Shown here piece after piece: positions 9,765 through 20,100 of a stretch of DNA of 26,165 nt (positions are counted from its first letter, which is position 1; each line of letters begins with the position of its first letter). The DNA comes from Anthoceros angustus. Taxonomy: Eukaryota > Plantae > Anthocerotophyta. The translations under genes and the position numbers were made by a program. Under the pieces are notes generated by a model. The model was not told where the DNA came from and did not search any database. It saw only the letters and a list, made by a program, of their open reading frames with translations. The DNA is taken from positions 1-26,165 of the forward strand of contig VJWM01000380.1 in NCBI GenBank assembly GCA_010909165.1, written 5' to 3'.

Positions 9765-10665
9765 TCTAACCTCCTCTTCCCATGCTCACCTCACGTTTCC
9801 TCTAGCTTGTTCACCTGGATGTTTGTGCTATGACAAAACTAGCTTCTCCCCGTGATGTTGCACATATCTGCGGTCGTGGGCACCGGCATCTCAGCATCGC
9901 CACCCCTTTATCTCCATGCTCCCTAGTCTCATGACTGGCCCGGATCGTTAACGATCTTCTCTCCCACTGCGTTTCACGGCGGCAATTTCCCTGATCGACC
10001 GGGAATCGGTCGCGCTTCTACAATTCCTTTGCAAGCACACCAGGTGTGATTTCTCCACAATCCTCCTTCATACACGTCACCATGAGCCATCCTCACTCCT
10101 AGGCTCCAGCGCGCACACCTCCTCGCCACCATTTTGTGTGCCACCTCTCCTTCCTCCAAATTGCGATTTCTTGGCAATCTTTTCATCGATCCTTGCCACT
10201 ATCGTGGGATCCACTTGCAACCCTCTTGACTGCTCACCCTTAAAGAGCACTCCTTGCCCTCCTTGTACACATGTTGTCACTTCTTTGCTTCATCTCGAAC
10301 TCTTAGATTGACCTCCTGCAGCAAACCACACTGCAAACCCCTTCCACGGACACTTGGCCCTTGCGCACAACCTCTTGCTGCACCTCAATCACACATGTAC
10401 TTTGCCCACGTTCCTATCCTTCCAACCGTACTCTGCAACTCCTCGTCGAAATCGGTCATCGACAATCCGCTCACCGGTTTTCGATAAAAAATAAAGCTGC
10501 ATTCATGCTCTTGCAACTTCTTAAACTCTTCCTACACCTCTACACTTAGAAATCTTCGCTACCTTACCATATTCTAGCTCTAAGTTTTCTATGGCACATG
10601 GATCTACATCGTTCCTTGAACTCCTCCTTTCACTATTTCCCAAACATTTGTCAAGAAAGTTCATA

Positions 10666-11060
10666 TCATAGGCCTTGCTTTTGCAGAAGGCTACATCCTT
10701 CTAGCAGCCGTGGTGGTACTCTCTCCAAGTAACCATAAATCCCCTCTACATAATCATACAAAGACTCCCTCCTCTTCCTTCGCAGAGTCCTCAACCGGGC
10801 CAACGTGTGATGTGCATAGCTCAAACCACAGAACTGGTTCAAAAATATAGCTCTCAAATCATCCCAATGTAATGGTGGTGCAGCCCCATACATGCAACTA
10901 TACCGCTGCTGGGCATGACCTCGAAGCACTCTAGGAAAATTTCGGAGACAATCCGCGGCTGAGGCTTCCAAATTCGCATGAGACACATGTTCAAAAGTTT
11001 GCACAAAAGCCTCAGCATCTTCACCTCATTGCTTCTCCCCAAATCTCACATACTGCTGGC
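10666..11060 (-). pseudogene. gag: Retrotransposon gag core domain (degraded; flanking 9850-11900 is probably the rest of gag)
   Basis: EDAEAFVQTFEHV..CLRNFPRVLRGHAQQRY..PP..WDDLRAIFLNQF..LARLRTL..RESLYDYV fits the Retrotrans_gag pattern (FP..L.G.A..W; W..L...F...F; L.Q...ES...Y). Confidence 0.8.
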
Positions 11061-12409
11061 GGCTGTGGGGTGATTCACTCCCACCACCTCTACTTCCTCC
11101 ACTCATGGTCGAGGGCGTCCACAAAACTGTGGGCACACCTCCCAACAAACTCCACCTGTCTGGCGGCAGATCTTGCCCGGCAAGCGGGATGTAATGTACA
11201 CACTGGCGCCTTAGTCCTCCTAACAAGCAAGGTTGAAAGGGCAGCAAGTTGGGCGATAATTCGATCAAGACCTTGCAGCTCGTAGATCTCATACCCAACT
11301 TTTCCCTGCCAAATCTCACCCTCTTGCCCTCCTCTTGACGACAAACTCGAGCTAGAAGACCTTGATAATCCGCAGCCGAAAAAGTCCTCCTCTTGCGAGG
11401 ACGGAAGATGTACCTTGAAATTACTAACCCGGCTCAGTTCTTGGATCACCCTTGATCGGCAAGTCCTCGGCAACGATTCCTTCCTCTCGCTATCGTGAGC
11501 AAAACCTCCTCATGCTCTTAGACAAGCTACCTCTTCTTCCTCAACGGAACCCTTGATGTTAGCACATAGCTTCCTCACAGAGCTCTCTCCTCCCTTCCTT
11601 TGCACATTGTCATGTGAGCAACTAAGCTTTCTTCACGCACATGATCTATCGATTCAGCTCACAAATCCTTTGCAGACAAAGGCAGGGGCGATCTCCTCTC
11701 GACTCCTGCACAAAAATTACTTCATCCCCTCCCCCAACTAGACATCTGCAAGCACGCTCATGCCCTTTCAACACACGGTTGTGCAAAAAAAACAAGCGAC
11801 TTCCTGCATGTACCATCCTTGTTACGGAAACCACACAAATCTCACAACTCAGAAGGCGTGGAGCCCCTTCTTCACAACGCATGGGTATCAGGACACTGGG
11901 GTTTCATCATAAACACACGTTCCACCCTATGCAAGGTTTCCTCAACACGCAATCTAGGCAATGAAATTCTTCCAACTTCGACCATTTCAACAAGTCCGGA
12001 AAAATATCATCTTGACTCTCTAGAAAGATAGATAGATTCTATCCAATCTAGAATTAATATCTTTATAGAACATATGGATTTATTTAATTATCATATTATA
12101 TGGAGAGTCTTTATGTAGAAAAAAAAAGAGATGGAAAAACCACCATCTAAATCGAAAAAAAAAAGAGTTGTGTTCCCCCCACTTCTTCGGAATCTCTTTC
12201 ATGTCCATTACCTTGAAGGTGAACACCTCACAATTCTCCCAACAATTGCTTTAGTCTATCCCTTATTTGCATTCCCTTCTTAAATTTGAGGCACTTTCCA
12301 AGCCTCACCTCCATACCCTCCATGTCACCCGGGTTATGACCTCTTGTTCACGAGTCGAGCTGCGTCCAAAGCCCTCATCTTCCATTCTTGGGTCGTCTTG
12401 CCGCATCCC

Positions 12410-12600
12410 CACTCTCGTGGCGGACTCCCTTCTTAAGGCATGACACCAATTGTGTTGTGTCGTTGTAGGTCGAGGATTGGTGAATTTTCGAGCGGTCACG
12501 GTGGTGCATTCTTGTGAGGGGAAGAGTAGTGGCGCCTTGCTTGTTGAGGAGGGTAGTGTAGTGGGTGGGCGTGATTGATTTCCCAAGATCCAAGGTTTAA
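12410..12600 (-). repeat. LTR-like repeat, copy 3, upstream of gag (candidate 5' LTR part)
   Basis: Roughly 75% similar by eye to 60-200. Its position upstream of minus-strand gag fits a 5' LTR. No convincing PBS was found. Confidence 0.45.
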
Positions 12601-12809
12601 ACTATTTTGTTGCTTTATCTTATTTTTATTCAAAAGAATCTAATACCTATTTCTAAAATAAAAATTAAAAATATTTTGATTTCTTTTGGAAGGCTCTAAT
12701 TAGAAAACAGCCTTTAAGAGATTTTCAAAATGAAATTGACCCATTTTGATAGGTTATTAAAATAAATTCAAATTAATTATAAATAAAATTCTCTTATGAG
12801 AAGACTTGT

Positions 12810-13140
12810 GCAGCTGGTCCGCCAGCGATAGTATGCCCACATATGCCAAAACACCTTTCAAGTTCCCCTCCCTCTTCATCCTTGGACCACCGCAATTTCC
12901 TCGAGGATGCATTCTTTGACCACACAAATCGGTGCACTCTGTGCTCACAAAACAAGAACTGGCAGCCTACTCCACTCCGTGCTCGGCAAGATGCGTCGAG
13001 AGCATGTCAACCAAAAGAAGGGATGAGGATAGGGCAGGAGGCAAGCGAAGAAGAGAGAACTTGAGCGGGAAAGTCGTACTCGGTGACGGTGAGGGTAAGT
13101 TTTTATTAAGGAAAGAGGAGATGAGTGAACCCATCTACTA
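12810..13140 (-). pseudogene. pol: Probable degraded Ty3/Gypsy RT-connection/RNase H fragment
   Basis: Minus-strand translation gives SPL.LIK, SLASCPILIPSF, LDAS, GVG and ..GH..AG in the order expected for PL..LLKK / L..APIL..PDF / DAS..G.G / WRHYL.G. Heavily decayed. Confidence 0.45.
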
Positions 13141-14089
13141 AAAGGGCATCAAGAGAGACCCCAAGGGTCACGAGAAGAAGGAGTAACTAAGCTCCATGTC
13201 TAAAGTTACGACTAGTCAAGGCACCAAACCGAGTTTAATGGACTCCACGTGGAGTCTTCTACCACAGGCGGCTCCGTTTTTGAAGTCACTAGGTCCCACC
13301 CCACTATGGACATGACTGCTTAGGTGGCGGTCATTACTTTCGGAATGACCACTCTCAAATATGAGCATGCGAATGTGTGTCCCAATCCGTGCTGCCATTA
13401 TCGGACCCAATATGTAGAGTGATAGGCGAAGCCATTAAAGAATATCTTTATTTATTTACCTTTAAAATAGTATAATATGAGGATTGAATATCCTAATTAG
13501 AAACCCACCTCATTCTATTTAATACCCGTCCTTCAACCCTTCTTGTTGTTCTGTGGTCCCTTATGTGTGTTCCGCTTTTGAATGTTTTGGGTTTTACTTT
13601 GGTTATGAGTAGTGTGGTCTCGATGTGTGTTACATTTTGAAGTTCTTAGGTTTTATTTTGGTCCAAGCATTCACCTTAGATCGATTATAGATAGGGTTGT
13701 AGAAGGGTGGATGCCCTTGGCAAGTAGCTTAGGCACACCATGGTACAAGTTGTTAGGTACTAAGTCCATGAATGGAAAATTCCGTCCGAGTGAACTATAA
13801 TAGACAGTCCTCTACTCTTTTGTGCTTTTGAAGGTTATAGATTTTATTTTCGATATAGTTTAGATTTTATTTTCCTTTTTCGTTTCCAGGTATAGAATTG
13901 GGGGCGCATGGGAAAACAAATCTGCATAGGTGGCATATATAGGTGCTCCGTAGTTGGGGTGTATCCTCGAGAAAGCTAATCTGAAGACCTAGGTGGCATA
14001 GATAGGTTCTGGGTAGTGCAGGTGCCTCTGCAGTTGGAGCTTCAATTTTGGGCCTTTGGCAAAGTTGGCTGAGGACACTCACAGCTGTC

Positions 14090-16549
14090 ATGGCAAAGTC
14101 TTTCGCCACCATGGCTGCTCATGGGTGCGTCTGTAATGTCGCTGGCAAGAGCTGCGATACCCTCCGTCCCTCTGCCGCGCTGCGTCGTCACGCTCCTTAT
14201 CCTCGGCTGCTGCGGTGGGAAGCTTCCCTCTCGTTGCAAACATTGATTCCACTTCCTGGAGGTCTCGTAAGCTCCATAATCTACACATCCGAGCAGTCTC
14301 CGACTCACAAAGTGCCAGCGGGGACAGTTGCCTCGATCCAGATGCCGGGAGGGTACTTGAGTTAGAATTTATCGACTGTTGCCAGTCCTTCATGCTGTGG
14401 TAATGGGAGTTGGTGATTGTTGTGCTTACCATGTCTTTCGAACTTGCAGAGCGTGTTGGGGATTATATTGGGGGGAGGTGCCGGAACGCGACTGTATCCC
14501 CTGACTAAGAAGCGAGCAAAGCCAGCAGTTCCTCTTGGGGCAAATTATCGTTTGATAGATATTCCGGTCAGCAACTGCATCAACAGCAATATTCAGAAAA
14601 TTTATGTCCTCACGCAATTCAACTCAGCTTCTCTTAATCGGCACTTATCGCGCGCCTATGCGAGTAACATGGGCGGCTACAAGAACGAGGGCTTCGTCGA
14701 GGTCCTAGCAGCTCAACAGAGTCCCGAAAACCCCAATTGGTTTCAGGTAAACTGTTGCTGCTGCCCTTTGCTTTCAACGTGTAGTGTGTTCGCAACCACA
14801 TGTACAACGTTGGTGGCTTGTGTGACCGCAGGAACAGCAGATGCGGTCAGACAATATTTCGAGGAGCAGCAAGTTTTAGAGTTCTTGGTATTGGCAGGGG
14901 ACCATTTATACCGCATGGACTATCAGAAATTTATTCAAGTACATCGGGAGACTAATGCGGACATTACGGTCGCAGCTTTGCCAATGGACGAGAAGCGTGC
15001 AACGGCGTTTGGTCTGATGAAGATAGATGATCAGGGACGTATTATTGAGTTTGCAGAGAAGCCCAAAGGCGACGCGCTCTCCGCAATGAAGGTCCAATCT
15101 TTCCCTTTGTACTTGTGGAGGTTGGAGACTTTTGAGCGTAAAGCAGCTAGCTGACAGTGGCCTCAGTTTAACAGGTGGATACTACAGTACTGGGTTTGGA
15201 TGGGGAGCGAGCGAAAGAGTTGCCCTATATAGCAAGCATGGGTATTTATGTCGTGAGCAAAGAAGCCATGATAAAACTCTTGCGAAATGACTTTCCAGAA
15301 GCTAATGATTTTGTGAAGTTATTCCTGGTGCAACTCGGATAGGGATGAAGGTATGCTGTTAATCCATACTTGACCAGCTCCAAGTTACTGGAGAAAATGT
15401 TTGCCAAGCAATGCACAGTGAGGTGGTAAAGGTTGTTTTAGTCTTTGGGTGCTGATTTTTGTAGGTCCAAGCATATCTCTATGATGGTTACTGGGAAGAC
15501 ATTGGGACCATTGAGGCGTTCTACAAACTTAGGCATTACGAAGAAACCAATTCCTGACTTCAGGTCTCTTATCCCCACCCATGTTTTTGCGCTTTGGGCA
15601 TCTTCACGCTGGTACTTTGACTTGAGTGCGCTGCTGACTGGTTATTCCCGTTAGCAGTTTCTATGACAGATCTGCCCCTATCTACACTCTTGCCCGATTC
15701 TTGCCTCCGTCCAAGATGCTAGATGCTGATGTCACTGACAGCGTAATTGGCGAAGGCTGTGTCATTAAGGTCCGGAGTTCTCACTTGTAATGTTGATGAA
15801 TGTAGTGGGGACAGATTGAACTTAAATTGTAATCCAAAACAAATGATGTGGTGGATCCAGGAGTTGCGTTGTTCGGTTGCTGATACTTGTGTATTGCAGA
15901 ATTGTAAGATACATCACTCTGTCGTGGGCCTACGGTCCTGGGTTGGAGAAGGAGCCTTTATAGAAGATGCCCTCCTTATGGGTGTGACTACTATGAGGTA
16001 ATTAACACTCTTTCAGACTTGAGTCTTGGTGCCCATCCTTTTAACATTTCTGCTGGTTGTGTTGGTCTAACATGTTCTATGCCCTTTGTCCCTCTGTTCT
16101 TGATAGTATGTTGACGAGCGCATCTTGTCTGACCTTTTTTTCTGCTTCTACAGACAGATGGGCAGCGTCAAGAGCTGTTAGCTGCAGGAGGCATTCCAAT
16201 TGGAATAGGTCGGAATTCCATCATCAAGAGGGCTATAATTGACAAGAATGCCCGCATTGGAGAGAATGTGAAGGTACGTCTTTGTTATCCCTTGTTTTGC
16301 GTTTTTGTGCGTCAGTTCAAGGATGAGAATATTATTTTTAATTAATGTAAAAAGTTTTAATAGGTTTTGTTACAGCGTAATATGGGAAGACTACTTGACT
16401 GATGTCTGGTGGCGTATTTGATATGGTTTCCAGATTGTAAATAAGGATGACGTACAAGAGGCAGCGAGGAGACGGATGGGTACTTCATAAAGGGTGGGAT
16501 TGTCACGATCATAAAGGATGCAATTGTTCCAAACAACACGATTATCTAA
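14090..16549 (+). CDS. APS1: ADP-glucose pyrophosphorylase small subunit (plastidial, with transit peptide); 9 exons; reading frame broken by small deletions in this sequence
   Basis: Exons: ~14090/14111-14352, 14450-14746, 14832-15091, 15175-15350, 15465-15563, 15658-15769, 15900-15997, 16154-16273, 16434-16549, all GT-AG. Motifs: SCLDPDA (redox Cys typical of the small subunit), [67 protein letters not shown]. The exact start codon is uncertain. Confidence 0.93.
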
Positions 16550-16995
16550 AGAACAGCGTTTGAAGGACGTTGGTGTTGCACTATGGCCCAGACACGAGGT
16601 GGATGGGCTTCCGTAGACTAAAAGCTTGAAGAGAGAATCAGACCGTCTCTATTAAATGCAGAAGTGATTCCTGCCGGCTTGTTTCGATGTCCTAGCTTTG
16701 TGTACCGACTTCGGATTGTGTCACTTATGAGGAAACACTAAGTTGAGCCTGAACTTCGGTGGGCCATGGATACCAAATATGGAATGGCATCGCGGGTGCT
16801 CTTTCCCCAGTAGATTGTCTCTCCATAGCAATGTCACCGTCTTGGCATTCATTGCTTCTGTTACTACCGTGGTGCCGTTCTCTTGTCGCCTGAGATCGTC
16901 GTTGTGGGTCGATCCGTCGGCCGTCCAATCTTGGATAATTCACTGAGTTGTTTCTTTGTGCGCGATCTGTCATCTCTGCGAGTCACCGCCAGCGG

Positions 16996-17190
16996 GTAAG
17001 CATGCCAGTCTCAACGCTGTCTTTCGCCAATTCATGGAGGTGCCACTGGTCTCTTGATCCGATGTTGCACTCTTCTGAGCGTGTTGCGGATGTGATTGCC
17101 ACCCGCTTCTAAGCTTCTGACACTGGGGATCGGCATGCGTGATCGATCAGTCCGTGCCCTGCCTCAGTGTGGATCAGTGGATTTCTGCAG
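16996..17190 (+). other. Probable 5'-UTR intron of the villin gene
   Basis: Strong donor GG|GTAAGC at 16996 and acceptor TTTCTGCAG at 17190, 7 nt before the villin ATG. Confidence 0.55.
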
Positions 17191-17197
17191 TCTGGTG

Positions 17198-20100
17198 ATG
17201 GGTGTTTCGATGAAGGATGTCGACCCTGCCTTCCAAGGCGTTGGCTTAAAGGCGTATCCTCTCAACCTCTTCGGGCGTCTGTAGCTGGAATAGTGACTGA
17301 CAAATATAGGGGGCAAATCAGTAATTTACAATTTCTTTTCTCATTCTTTTGGTCACATGGAACTTCAGCAGGCTCCTCAGTGGTCTGCTTGTATCGTGCC
17401 CTGTGCTAGCAATAATTAGACCAGAATCTGTTTTTCAAAGTAATATGGGAAGTCTTAATTTCTGATGGATAAAGAGGTATGGAGATATGGCGCATCGAAA
17501 CTTTCCGCCCTATCCTGTTACCCAGAAGTGAACATGGCAAGTTTTACTCTGGAGACTCCTATATCGTGTTGCGGGTAATGATCCAGTGAATTCTTCTGCT
17601 CGTCGTTGTTGGCTACTGTGCATGACACTTTCCTTTTACCTGCAGGCAAGTACCTTGAAGAGTGGAGCCCTACACTTTGATGTCCATTTCTGGCTGGGGA
17701 AAGGCACGAGTCAGGTGACTTAACCTTACCAGTCGGGTTGTAGAGTTGTATGCCTCTGTAGATTGCAGTAGGCTCTCCGGTGAGCTAAGCCAAATCCATA
17801 ACCAGCCTCAGCGGTGATTTAGGATGAGGCTGGTGTGGCTGCTATGAAGACAGTGGAACTCGATGCAGCGCTTGGTGGGCGTGCTGTTCAGTATAGAGAA
17901 GTTGAAGGCCAGGAAACAGACTTGTTTTTGTCCTACTTCAAGCCATGTATTATCCCCCTAAAAGGAGGAGTGTCCTCAGGTTTTAAGAAAGTTGAGACAG
18001 AGGAATACAAACCCTGCCTCTTTTTATGCAAAGGTCGACGGAGGGTACGCGTGAAGCAGGCAAGTTACGTTGTGGGTCAGACGTGTCTCTTGTCCTTTTG
18101 GTCGCTTACGCTCAGGATACTAGTGTTGACATGTGTATGCATTGTGCAGGTGCCCTTTGCTCGCTCTTCCTTAAATCATAGTGATGTATTCATCCTCGAC
18201 ACAAACAGTAAGCTATTTCAATTTAATGGTCAGTCATCCACCATCCAAGAAAGAGTCAAGGCTCTGGAAGTTGTGCAATATATCAAGGACACTAAACATG
18301 ATGGCAAGTGTGAGGTGGTCATAATAGGTATGTGATCTTGTTTGAAATGTGGGGGAAGTGCTTGCCTCCTCGTCTCCTCATGTGGCGTCGTCATAAATGT
18401 TGACTGTGTGCAGATGATGGTATGCTCGGAGTTGAAGCAGACACGGGCCAGTTTTGGGTGCTTTTTGAGGCTTTGCACCTCTCACAAAGAAGAGAGATGC
18501 GGAAGATGATGATGTGGTAGAAGCTGCCACAGTGAAACTACTGTGGTATTCTTCAACCCCAACGTAGGAAGAAGATATTTTTGTGCTGAATTTTATTCAA
18601 GAGAAGTCTGAGTCTCCACTTCTTTGCAAACTAGCGTGGGCTGACATTGGTGCCATGTCGAATGGAATGAGAAAAGTATCTCAGCAGGACACGAAGAAGA
18701 GATTCAGGCTACAGCTTTGACAAGAGAAATGTTGACAACTGACAAGTGCTACCTTCTAGATTGTGGAATTGAAGTTTATGTGTGGACTGGGAGGAACACT
18801 TCTCTCAATGACAGGAAAGCTGCTTCTGTACAAGCCGAGGCAAGCATTTTCAGAGTTTGCTCTGTACATTCCATCTGATTCACGAAGATTGAGCTGATGG
18901 GAGTGTATGTATGGTAGAGATTGATTACAAGCCAGAAAAGGCCAGGATACACCCAGATTACAAAAGTCATGGAGGGTTTTGAAACACCTATGTTTAGGTC
19001 CAACTTTGACAACTGGCCACTTAGTGCCACAAGAGCAGTATCTGAAGATGGGAGAGGCAAAATTGCAGGTTCTATCACTTTTCAGTATCTAACTTCTGGT
19101 TGTCCCTTACTTCTTTTTCAAATAGTCAACACTATGTTGCTTCACCCATTTAGCATGATGACGGGTTTGTTTCAACTGTGTTGGCAGCCTTGCTGAAGCA
19201 GCAAGGCGTCAACGTAAATGGCATTCGTGGAGGAGTTGTAGGAGATCCTTCACTTCTACTTGACAGTAATTTGGAGGTGTGCACTGCTTCACCTGTATCA
19301 AACTTAACACTGCTTGTATTCGCAGTCCTTCTCTTCCTGTGTTGTAGGATATTTTAATGTAGGGAATGCGACTGAACTATGTTCGGACCTCAGGAGAGCT
19401 CAAACTGATCGTCCATTCTGCAAACTTCAAATAGTTAGGAATTGAGGATCAGTTTCATTGTATATGTGAACTGCCTTTGCACGGAGGTAAGCAGATACTT
19501 TCTAAATGAATACTTTCTTTTGTCAGATCTGGCAGGTCATCAATACCTCAAAAATTTCTGTCCCCACAGAAGAATTTGGGAAGTTTTACTCTGGCCATTG
19601 CTACATTGTGGTGTACAGCTTTCCAGGCCCAGATCGAAAGAACAATGTTGTCATTTGTTATGGTTTGGACAACATAGCTTGCCGGTGCGGCTGACTACTT
19701 GAGCTTGGCTTCAGCCCTGAAGGTTTTAGGACAGAGATGGTCAAGAGGCGCTTCTTCAGCACCATTTTCTTCTATACTCCTTATACCCGGCTGGCTGCAG
19801 ACCGACCAAAGTATTGCTGCAGATTTCTGCAGCGAGATTTCAAGCAGAGTGAAGGCCCTGTTCAGGTTGAGGTTTTCTGTCTGTGGTCATCTTAAAACCT
19901 GACTTGCTGAGACTCAGTTTTGGTGGATTCCTCCGTGTACAGAACCTCAATCTCACATCACTTTCCTTGCAGGGTCGCATACACCAAGGAAAGGAACCTG
20001 CATACTTTAGTGCTTTGTTCAGATCCATGATTGTATTGGAGGTTCGTCTGCTGGTTATATTATCTTGGGCCGTCTCTAGGTTTGTGTTGAATGTAAGGAG

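Larger units (their letters stand above)
1..12600 (-). mobile_element. Nested and fragmented Ty3/Gypsy LTR-retrotransposon region (several related, diverged copies)
   Basis: Minus-strand gag (10666-11060) and integrase (8900-9764) remnants. Multiple internal repeats are shared among 60-313, 750-1455, 1755-2140, 3380-3635, 3990-4590, 8090-8925 and 12410-12600. No intact polyprotein; element ends are not resolved. Confidence 0.8.

Noticed and set aside
12437-12450. TGACACCA as reverse complement of a tRNA primer-binding site
   Set aside because: Only ~8 nt of possible complementarity, and homology with copy 1 continues across it, so it does not mark an LTR boundary.
14417-15154. 245-aa ORF as a complete gene
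   Set aside because: It reads through intron sequence ([20 protein letters not shown].., VQSFPLYLW..) and covers only exons 2-3 of APS1.
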